A stretch of DNA of 32,000 nucleotides from Acaryochloris marina S15 (GTDB lineage Bacteria; Cyanobacteriota; Cyanobacteriia; Thermosynechococcales; Thermosynechococcaceae): positions 5,040,001 through 5,072,000 of the forward strand of contig NZ_CP064923.1 of assembly GCF_018336915.1 (NCBI RefSeq), read 5' to 3'. Numbering within the stretch: the stretch's first letter is position 1; each line of letters starts with the position of its first letter. The position numbers and the translations under genes were made by a program. The notes under the pieces were generated by a model. It saw only the letters and a program-made list of their open reading frames with translations. It was not told where the DNA came from and searched no databases. Below, in pieces: positions 1-6,574 of this stretch.

Positions 1-686
1 CGAACAAGATTATGATTCATTAGAACTATTGCGTTGGATGTCAAAAGGTGTTAATTGGCAACTAATTAAGTCAATTTTTAACACTTATTTAAGTTACTTA
101 TCATAATAATACGAATCCCTGGTCTTTGTCATAGGCATCAATCGTTGGGGATGACACAGCCAAACGCTTAATTGGCAAGAATCAAGGATTACAAAGACTC
201 TTGGGTCAAAATGTTGAAATTAGTATCTAACCCTAGAAAACAGTGAAAATTTGGATGGGTCCTGGGTATTCTATGGCGTATATCCTTACCTAGGCTTTTT
301 AGGTGGTCCCTTGACCGTCAGATCCAAAATTAACAGCTGTTACTCAGGGTTTTTTCAGGTCTATCGGCGAGGATGTAGTGACCTTGAAACTTTTTAGGCT
401 ACAGCACAGTCTATAGGTGAGGATGCTTATACAACTTGTTGCTTATTACAAGAACGGCCAGAAAAGTGGCTTGTGAGGTCACAATGGCCTTAGTGAATAC
501 GGTTTACCGAATATTCGAATCTCACCAAGCCTAGAAAAATGGCCTAGTATAGAAGAACAAACTCATACTGACTTCGTTTTTAAGCGGCCTATATCAACAC
601 TCACTGATTGCATCATTCACTATTAAATTTGAAATTTGATAGTCTTCATGCCAACATCACCTTCTTAAAGGGGGTAGCTCAAGTCC

Positions 687-1670
687 ATGTCCAAAACCAA
701 AACTAAGCAACAAGCTATCTCTGTGTCTCCGACAACAGATATGGTTCGTACCTATCTCCATGAGATTGGTCGAGTGCCTTTGTTGACCCATGAGCAAGAA
801 ATCGTTTTTGGTAAGCAAGTACAGGCCATGATGGCGCTTTTAGACTTGCAGAAAACTTTATTGGATGAATTGGGGCGTGAACCTTCCTTAGAAGAGTGGG
901 CAGAGAAAGCCAATCTTAGTCCCTCTCAATTGGAACTGTCCCTGCACCAAGGACAGCAAGCCAAGCAAAAGATGATTGAAGCCAATCTCAGGCTGGTCGT
1001 TTCTGTTGCTAAAAAGTACCAAAAGCGAAACCTAGAACTCTTAGACCTGATCCAAGAAGGAACCTTGGGATTAGAACGCGGGGTTGAGAAGTTTGATCCA
1101 ACCCGAGGGTATAAGTTTTCAACCTATGCCTACTGGTGGATTCGCCAGGCGATCACCCGTGCGATCGCACAACAGGCTCGCACCATTCGACTGCCCATTC
1201 ACATCACCGAAAAGCTCAACAAAATCAAAAAAGCCCAGCGTGAGTTATCCCAGAAGCTGGGTCGCAGTGCCACCCCCGCTGAAATTGCGGAAGCATTGGA
1301 ACTAGAGCCCAGCCAAATCCGAGATTATCTCACCATTGCTCGTCAGCCTATTTCGTTAGATCTGAGAGTCGGTGACAATCAGGATACCGAGTTGCGAGAC
1401 TTGCTGGAAGACGACGGGCAATCTCCGGAGCAATTCACGACCACCCAAGCCCTGCGGGATGACGTGAATCAATTGCTGACGGAGTTAACCCCTCAGCAAC
1501 GAGATGTCTTAATGCTGCGGTTTGGTCTCGACAACGGTAAGGAGTTATCCCTTGCCAAAGTTGGACAACAATTAAGCCTTAGCAGAGAGCGAGTCCGTCA
1601 ATTAGAACGGCAAGCCCTAGACTATCTGCGCCGTCGCAAAGGCGAAGTGCGAGAGTATATCGCTAGCTAG
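687..1670 (+). CDS. RNA polymerase sigma factor, sigma-70 family (cyanobacterial group-2-like)
   Basis: 327-aa ORF. Region 1.2/2 is present ([22 protein letters not shown]; [59 protein letters not shown]), as are region 3 ([18 protein letters not shown]) and the region 4.2 HTH ([25 protein letters not shown]). The short N-terminus lacks a long region 1.1, so this is not the primary SigA. Confidence 0.92.
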   Translation: MSKTKTKQQAISVSPTTDMVRTYLHEIGRVPLLTHEQEIVFGKQVQAMMALLDLQKTLLDELGREPSLEEWAEKANLSPSQLELSLHQGQQAKQKMIEANLRLVVSVAKKYQKRNLELLDLIQEGTLGLERGVEKFDPTRGYKFSTYAYWWIRQAITRAIAQQARTIRLPIHITEKLNKIKKAQRELSQKLGRSATPAEIAEALELEPSQIRDYLTIARQPISLDLRVGDNQDTELRDLLEDDGQSPEQFTTTQALRDDVNQLLTELTPQQRDVLMLRFGLDNGKELSLAKVGQQLSLSRERVRQLERQALDYLRRRKGEVREYIAS

Positions 1671-1696
1671 TCCTTTAATTAGCTAGTCCTTCAATT
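1665..1696 (+). repeat. Tandem 16-nt duplication spanning the sigma-factor stop codon
   Basis: AGCTAGTCCTTTAATT (1665-1680) is followed directly by AGCTAGTCCTTCAATT (1681-1696), 15/16 identical. The TAG stop (1668-1670) lies in the first unit. Confidence 0.8.
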
Positions 1697-1702
1697 TCTT
1701 TC

Positions 1703-1741
1703 CATCAACCTCCAGCGCATTATCTGCACTGGAGGTTGATG
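1703..1741 (+). terminator. Terminator-like hairpin downstream of the sigma-factor gene
   Basis: Perfect 13-bp inverted repeat: CATCAACCTCCAG (1703-1715), a 13-nt loop, then CTGGAGGTTGATG (1729-1741). It starts 33 nt after the stop codon. No U-tract follows. Confidence 0.5.
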
Positions 1742-1820
1742 ATGTGGGGCCTTCAATGGAGACAATGCTGGAGAGACGCGGTAGATTAGTGCAGCCCATG
1801 ATCCTGGAGAGTTAAAACGA

Positions 1821-2552
1821 ATGGCGGACTGGCTATATCAATATCCCCCCCTACTTGCAGGCAAGCTGATCAAACGATACAAACGTTTTCTGGCCGATAT
1901 TGAATTAGAGACAGGTGAAGTCGTCACCGCCCATTGCCCTAATACAGGTCCGATGACAGGCATGTCTGCCCCCAATAGCCGAGTGCAAATTTCTAGAAGT
2001 AATAACCCCAAACGCAAATTAGCCTATACCTGGGAACTGATTGAAGTCTGCGACACCCAACCCACCTGGGTAGGGGTGAATACTCAAATCCCTAATATTG
2101 TTGTCAAGAAACTACTACAAGACCGGCTCTTACCCGCTTTAGGTGACTACGATCAGGTCAAATCTGAAGTTCGCTATGGTCAAGAAAAAAGTCGAATTGA
2201 TTTTTTGCTTACAGGCACCACTCAACCCACTTATATTGAAGTTAAAAGTACGACCTGGGCCATCGGACAGCAAGCTTTATTTCCAGACACCGTCACGACC
2301 CGTGGCCAAAAGCATATTCGGGAGTTGATGTCGGTTTTATCCGAAGCCCGAGCTTACTTACTCTTCTTTATTAATCGAGCCGATTGCACAACCTTTGCCC
2401 CCGGAGATCAGGCCGATCCAGAGTATGGAGAACTCCTTAGAGAAGCCGTCTCAGTAGGGGTAAAGCTCTTGCCCTGTCGCTTTGAGATTACACCCGAAGG
2501 AATTCGCTATTTAGGGTTGGCAACCGTCGAAGAGAAGTCTTTAACAAGATGA
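1821..2552 (+). CDS. sfsA: Sugar fermentation stimulation protein A homologue (SfsA family nuclease-like DNA-binding protein)
   Basis: 243-aa ORF with an SfsA-typical N-terminus (GKLIKRYKRFLADIELETGEVVTAHCPNTGPM) and core (SRIDFLL...YIEVKSTTW...ALFPDTVTTRGQKHIRELM). Confidence 0.88.
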   Translation: MADWLYQYPPLLAGKLIKRYKRFLADIELETGEVVTAHCPNTGPMTGMSAPNSRVQISRSNNPKRKLAYTWELIEVCDTQPTWVGVNTQIPNIVVKKLLQDRLLPALGDYDQVKSEVRYGQEKSRIDFLLTGTTQPTYIEVKSTTWAIGQQALFPDTVTTRGQKHIRELMSVLSEARAYLLFFINRADCTTFAPGDQADPEYGELLREAVSVGVKLLPCRFEITPEGIRYLGLATVEEKSLTR

Positions 2553-2689
2553 ACAGTAGTTTTAAATTAGTATGATTGTATTTCGCTGTTTTTTCTCTCA
2601 ACATCGAATTGATTTTTAGAGGGAAAAGCGAGATCCTCGCCTGAGGATGTTAGGGTAAATACGATTTAGTTGTGGGGTAGACATTTACG

Positions 2690-3631
2690 ATGGTCGATCG
2701 CGATCGTCTATTTAGGGACTTACTCAAAAACTTTTTTCTGGAATTTGTCGATCTCTTCTTTCCAAAAATTGCGGTCGCTATCGACCCCAAATCGATTCGA
2801 TTCCTAGAAGATGAAGAATCCCCTAAACCTCAAGAGCAGGGAGATAATCCTCCTGCCCCTACTGTGCAAGGGGCTAGCTCTAATGTATTAGTGCAAGTGC
2901 GATTACGAGGACAAGAATCATGCTTCTGGGTGCATCTAGAGAATTCATCTGAGACGAATATCAAGCTAGAGCGGCGCATTTTTCATACCTTTGCTCGCCT
3001 GGACGAAAAATATAATTTACCGATCTATCCCATTATTTTGCAATCTTCAGATACGTCTCAACGTCTGGAAACAAATGGGTATCGGGTTGAGTTTGTCGAT
3101 CGCAGGGTTTTGGATTTTAGCTTTGTTGCCATTCAACTTCATCGCTTAAACTGGCGTGACTTTTTGCAACGTCGTAATCCAGTAGCGGCAGCACTCATGC
3201 CCACGATGAACGTTCAAACCTTTGATCGCCCCGTCGTCAAAGCAGAGTGTCTGAGATTGCTGACCAATTTGCGTTTAGACGCTAAGAAGGTCAAGGTCAT
3301 CTCTCAATTTATTGAAGCCTTCCTCCATCTCAATGCTGCCGAAGAACAGGTCTTGCAAACAGAGATGGAACGCATGGGCCTATTAGAGCGAGAGCGGATC
3401 ACTAATCTGCTGACCAGTACGACTCAAGCCAATCAACAGCAAGGGGCCAAACGAGAAGCCCTAAGCCTAGTTTTTCGACTCTTAAAGCGGCGAGTTGGGG
3501 ATCTGAATCCGGATCTTGAAGGTCAGGTCCGAAGCTTGCCGGTCAATCAGGTAGAGGACTTGGGGGAAGCTCTGTTAGATTTCAACAATGCAGAAGACCT
3601 GAAAAACTGGTTACGCGAAAAAACGGCTTAG
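2690..3631 (+). CDS. Rpn/YhgA-like PD-(D/E)XK-family protein with a DUF4351-like C-terminal domain (cyanobacterial multi-copy family)
   Basis: 313-aa ORF. The N-terminus DRDRLFRDLLKNFFLEFVDLFFP, the central LPIYPIIL...VAIQLHRLNWRDFLQRRNPVAAALM...RPVVKAECLRLL and the C-terminal REALSLVFRLLKRRVG...LPVNQVEDLGEALLDFNNAEDLKNWL match my recollection of this family. No flanking inverted repeats were seen. Confidence 0.7.
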   Translation: MVDRDRLFRDLLKNFFLEFVDLFFPKIAVAIDPKSIRFLEDEESPKPQEQGDNPPAPTVQGASSNVLVQVRLRGQESCFWVHLENSSETNIKLERRIFHTFARLDEKYNLPIYPIILQSSDTSQRLETNGYRVEFVDRRVLDFSFVAIQLHRLNWRDFLQRRNPVAAALMPTMNVQTFDRPVVKAECLRLLTNLRLDAKKVKVISQFIEAFLHLNAAEEQVLQTEMERMGLLERERITNLLTSTTQANQQQGAKREALSLVFRLLKRRVGDLNPDLEGQVRSLPVNQVEDLGEALLDFNNAEDLKNWLREKTA

Positions 3632-4398
3632 AGCTGCCCCAAAAACTTATGGGTTTGGGGCACAACCCTAATCTGACGACAAATCTGTTTGAGCTTTCCT
3701 TGCCACGTCAACACTTGATTGGGCGTTGGTGGCTGGACTGGGTGTTGCGTAGACAAAGGCGTCACAGGTTGCAAAAAAATCGTCACAGTAGGACTAATGT
3801 CGGCAACCATCTGGGCAGCTTTGACCAACTCTGTCCAATCAGTTTGTTCGCTAATAATGAGCTTACAAAACACATCTATGTTGGCTTGATGACACAGCTC
3901 CAAGCTTTGACGATGTTGAGGCCAATGAGTTTCACCACTGACGCTCGGTAACTTCAAATCCATGCCCACACTATCCAGATAGGGTAACAGGGGGACAAGG
4001 GCTTCAGGATGATGCCCACCCGTTTCTAAATAGATCGGTAATAAAGTCTGTTGCCTGAGTAAAGGCAATAAATCCTGTAGGAATGCCACCTGTAATAGGG
4101 GTTCTCCGCCAGTCAGGCTGATGCTGTCATGAATCCCAGGCTGATCCTGCTCTTGAACCCACTCTAGGATCTGGGAAAGGGTGACTGGATTTTGATACTG
4201 GGCAAAATCGCGGCAGCCCGGCGTTTTTTCAATTTGACAGCTACTTTTTGGCGTCCAGGTATGGGCACTGTCACAGAAATGACATCGTAGATCACAGCCC
4301 CCAAAGCGGATAAAAATTTGACGGGTGCCGACATTCAGCCCTTCCCCTTGAATGGCAGAGAAAATTTCAACTAAGTTGACAGTGGTTGCAGTCTTCAT
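3628..4398 (-). CDS. queE: 7-carboxy-7-deazaguanine synthase (radical SAM, queuosine pathway)
   Basis: 256-aa ORF with N-terminal VNLVEIFSAIQGEGLNVGTRQIFIRFGGCDLRCHFCDSAHTW. This contains the CX3CX2C radical SAM cluster motif in the QueE context. The gene lies directly downstream of queC on the same strand. Confidence 0.9.
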   Translation of the reverse strand: MKTATTVNLVEIFSAIQGEGLNVGTRQIFIRFGGCDLRCHFCDSAHTWTPKSSCQIEKTPGCRDFAQYQNPVTLSQILEWVQEQDQPGIHDSISLTGGEPLLQVAFLQDLLPLLRQQTLLPIYLETGGHHPEALVPLLPYLDSVGMDLKLPSVSGETHWPQHRQSLELCHQANIDVFCKLIISEQTDWTELVKAAQMVADISPTVTIFLQPVTPLSTQHPVQPPTPNQVLTWQGKLKQICRQIRVVPQTHKFLGQL

Positions 4399-4462
4399 AA
4401 AAGCAAATTCTAGGGAAGTAGAGGCCAGCCCAATCGAGTGAAAACACAGGGACGCTCTAAAG

Positions 4463-5149
4463 TTAGGTCACATAGGATAGCGGATCGGATAAACCGAGTT
4501 GGGCAAATGCCGCTAATCGCAATTGGCAGGAATCACATTGGCCACAGGCTTGTGGAGGCGAACCACCGCCATCACTGTAGCAAGACCAGGTCCGCTCCCA
4601 CGGCACCCCCAGATCGTTGCCCAATTCAATAATGGCAGACTTATGCAAATTGATTAGAGGGGTACAAATTTCGATGGCCTGACCTTCTCGACCGAGTTTG
4701 GTCCCTAACCGAAACACCTCTTGCATCGATTGAATAAAGTCAGGGCGACAGTCGGGATATCCCGAATAATCCAATTGGTTGACCCCGATATACACCTGCT
4801 CTGCTGAAATAGTCTCGGCATAAGCTAGGGCAAAGCTGAGGAAGATCGTATTGCGAGCTGGAACGTAAGTCACGGGGATATGATCTGCCATCTCTTCAAT
4901 CGAACGAGACGGTAAGTCAATTTGGGTATCGGTTAAGGCAGACCCACCCCAGAGGGTGAGGTCAAAGGCCACAATTTGATGTTGAGTAACTTGGGCTGAT
5001 TTTGCGATCGCAACGGCCGCATCCAATTCCTGACGATGACGCTGCTGATAATCAAAGGAAATGGCATAACAGTCAGCCCCATCAGCCTTAGCCTTGTATA
5101 AAACAGTGGATGAGTCCAAGCCACCTGACAAGAGGACAACAGCTTTCAT
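4463..5149 (-). CDS. queC: 7-cyano-7-deazaguanine (preQ0) synthase
   Basis: 228-aa ORF with a PP-loop (MKAVVLLSGGLDSST), VPARNTIFLS, and the C-terminal zinc cysteine cluster (WSCY...ACGQCDSCQLR). Confidence 0.93.
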   Translation of the reverse strand: MKAVVLLSGGLDSSTVLYKAKADGADCYAISFDYQQRHRQELDAAVAIAKSAQVTQHQIVAFDLTLWGGSALTDTQIDLPSRSIEEMADHIPVTYVPARNTIFLSFALAYAETISAEQVYIGVNQLDYSGYPDCRPDFIQSMQEVFRLGTKLGREGQAIEICTPLINLHKSAIIELGNDLGVPWERTWSCYSDGGGSPPQACGQCDSCQLRLAAFAQLGLSDPLSYVT

Positions 5150-5254
5150 ATCCCATCCCCCTGAATTTTGTAGTGATTGATCGTAGGTTGGGTGCCTGCC
5201 ATGGAGAAGTCAGTGAAAAACAAGAGGTGACTATTGGTTGCTCAGGACAGCCCG

Positions 5255-5336
5255 CCACAGCCACAAGTCCCAGTGACTTATTGTATCGACTTCAGGGATG
5301 AGATGGAGCCTACCTACAGCCGCAAGCTCCCATGAC
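5255..5336. repeat. Imperfect 23-nt direct repeat in the queC upstream/leader region
   Basis: CCACAGCCACAAGTCCCAGTGAC (5255-5277) versus CTACAGCCGCAAGCTCCCATGAC (5314-5336). By hand alignment, 19 positions are identical, with 2 mismatches and 2 single-nt indels. The copy at 5314-5336 sits within a GGAGC(5305-5309)/GCTCC(5326-5330) stem. Confidence 0.6.
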
Positions 5337-5350
5337 AGAACTATAAGATA

Positions 5351-5370
5351 TTGTTAAGCACACTTAACAA
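5351..5370. promoter_or_regulatory. Inverted repeat TTGTTAAG-N4-CTTAACAA (candidate operator) between queC and the small ORF
   Basis: Perfect 8-bp arms separated by CACA. A related TGTTAA-N11-TTAACA arrangement recurs at 5554-5576, just upstream of the 5604 ORF. Confidence 0.35.
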
Positions 5371-5523
5371 TAGTAAGCCTCACAAAAGCAGAACAAATCT
5401 CTTTTCACAACCATGATGGCGATAAACGCTTAGGTATAAATACTGCCCAATTCCCGTCTAGGAAACGCTTATAGACCGTTCATTTCATATCAACCGTGAT
5501 CAAATGAGTGATAAAGCATGAGT

Positions 5524-5552
5524 TTGGGCATACTAGCAATAAGAATTAAAAT
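5524..5552 (+). promoter_or_regulatory. Putative sigma-70-type promoter for the 5604 small ORF
   Basis: TTGGGC (5524-5529), a 17-nt spacer, then TAAAAT (5547-5552). The predicted transcription start would fall inside the TGTTAA...TTAACA element. This is pattern matching only. Confidence 0.3.
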
Positions 5553-5603
5553 ATGTTAAGTTAACTTTAGTTAACAACCTCAACATCTTAAGGAGCTAAA
5601 TTC

Positions 5604-5756
5604 ATGTCTTCTGACTTCAACAAAGGCATCATGAAGTTCGACAACGCTGACAACCCCGTCACTGTCGCTCTATCAGCAATCATTATTTTTGGCAGCATCG
5701 GCCTCTTGATTGGTTGGAGTCTCGAAACTGCATACCTCGTGGGTCAGCTCGGTTAA
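5604..5756 (+). CDS. Small (50 aa) single-pass membrane protein, unannotated in the ORF track
   Basis: ATG at 5604 is preceded by AAGGAG (5590-5595) with an 8-nt spacer. Translation: MSSDFNKGIMKFDNADNPVTVALSAIIIFGSIGLLIGWSLETAYLVGQLG. It has one clear hydrophobic helix. The TAA stop at 5754-5756 overlaps the comF-family stop on the opposite strand. Confidence 0.55.
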   Translation: MSSDFNKGIMKFDNADNPVTVALSAIIIFGSIGLLIGWSLETAYLVGQLG

Positions 5757-6436
5757 GCCTTAGCCACCACCGCAATTCCTGACACTTTGAAGCCTGCTTG
5801 GCTTAATGCCTCGACAGCTGAGTGAATGGTTGCACCCGTCGTATAGATATCATCCAGCAGCACAATATTTTTTCCACATTCCTTCTTTGCTAACTCAGAC
5901 CCTAGTTGAAAGGCTTGGGCAACGTTAATAAGACGGTCTTGTGGCGACAAATTAAATTGAGCAGCTGTAGCTTTTACTCTCACCAAACCATTGAGAGTCA
6001 GATTCAATCCTGTAACTTGGCAAAAGCTTTTGGCGATTAACGCCGATTGATTATATCCTCGCTCCTGCTGTCTTCCTTCGTGGAGTGGAATAGGGATAAC
6101 GATAGATTGCCGATTGTAAGACTGATTTTCTAGCCAAGCGATTCCCAAGAGTTGACCTAAGAGATGAGCAATTTGAGCTTGTTGGTCATACTTGAGACGC
6201 CCTAATAATTGCTTCAGCAGACCTTGATAATGCCCCCATGCAATCAGAGGGTGATTGTCTGCAAATGTGAGAGAAACTGTTGCTTGGCAAGTTTCTAATT
6301 TGTGGCGACAGTCTGGGCATAAAACGCCAGATGAAAATCGCTTACACATCGTACAGCGCGGCTTCAGGACAAGCTGTTGTAAGGACTTGAGTAAAGCGCT
6401 TTTCACCTCAAACACGCCATTTTTGCAGAATGGCAA
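5753..6436 (-). CDS. comF: ComF family protein (phosphoribosyltransferase-domain, competence-associated)
   Basis: 227-aa ORF with an N-terminal zinc-finger-like CTMCKRFSSGVLCPDCRHKL and a C-terminal PRTase motif NIVLLDDIYTTGATI. Confidence 0.82.
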   Translation of the reverse strand: MPFCKNGVFEVKSALLKSLQQLVLKPRCTMCKRFSSGVLCPDCRHKLETCQATVSLTFADNHPLIAWGHYQGLLKQLLGRLKYDQQAQIAHLLGQLLGIAWLENQSYNRQSIVIPIPLHEGRQQERGYNQSALIAKSFCQVTGLNLTLNGLVRVKATAAQFNLSPQDRLINVAQAFQLGSELAKKECGKNIVLLDDIYTTGATIHSAVEALSQAGFKVSGIAVVAKA

Positions 6437-6548
6437 ACAATTGAGTTATACAGCATTGTTTGGGAAGATACCGAGTAGAGTGTCTCTTATCTTACGATCT
6501 GGAACTAAAAAGTATCGATATATTGCTTTATAGGTTTAGTGATATCTC

Positions 6549-6568
6549 CAAGACCTGCAGGTCTTGGG
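6549..6568. promoter_or_regulatory. Perfect 20-nt palindrome CCAAGACCTGCAGGTCTTGG immediately upstream of the PEP-utilising gene ATG
   Basis: The sequence is self-complementary over all 20 nt, giving an RNA hairpin with an 8-bp stem and a TGCA loop. It ends 6 nt before ATG 6575 and lies after the alternative GTG 6539. Confidence 0.6.
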
Positions 6569-6574
6569 ACTAAG

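Noticed and set aside
2-106. Open frame at the left edge (EQDYDSLELLRWMSKGVNWQLIKSIFNTYLSYLS, stop at 104-106) that could be the 3' end of an upstream gene.
   Set aside because: Only 34 codons are visible, the composition is very AT-rich, and I recognise no motif. It cannot be distinguished from chance. All three minus-strand frames also hit stops within the first ~55 nt, so no gene crosses the left edge on that strand.
331-342. A 12-nt perfect palindrome, TAACAGCTGTTA.
   Set aside because: Several palindromes of this length are expected by chance in 32 kb (about 8 under equal base frequencies), and nothing in the context singles this one out.
495-530. A tRNA-like TTCGAATC T-loop motif (around 505-520). 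A TAGCTCAGT D-arm-like motif also occurs at 10587-10595.
   Set aside because: The flanking bases do not form the T-stem or D-stem pairings, and no acceptor or anticodon arms can be drawn. These are isolated motif matches only.
2690-5149. The idea that the Rpn-like nuclease plus queE-queC form a 7-deazaguanine DNA-modification (Dpd-like) defence island.
   Set aside because: The window has no tgt/dpdA paralog, queD/folE, helicase or ATPase components. queC and queE are standard housekeeping-length genes carrying HIP1. The Rpn-like gene is on the opposite strand and looks catalytically degenerate.
5150-5350. A preQ1 riboswitch in the queC leader.
   Set aside because: I could not find the short P1 hairpin plus A-rich tail of preQ1-I, or features of classes II/III. 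The tandem elements present have a different sequence. This would need an Infernal scan to exclude fully.
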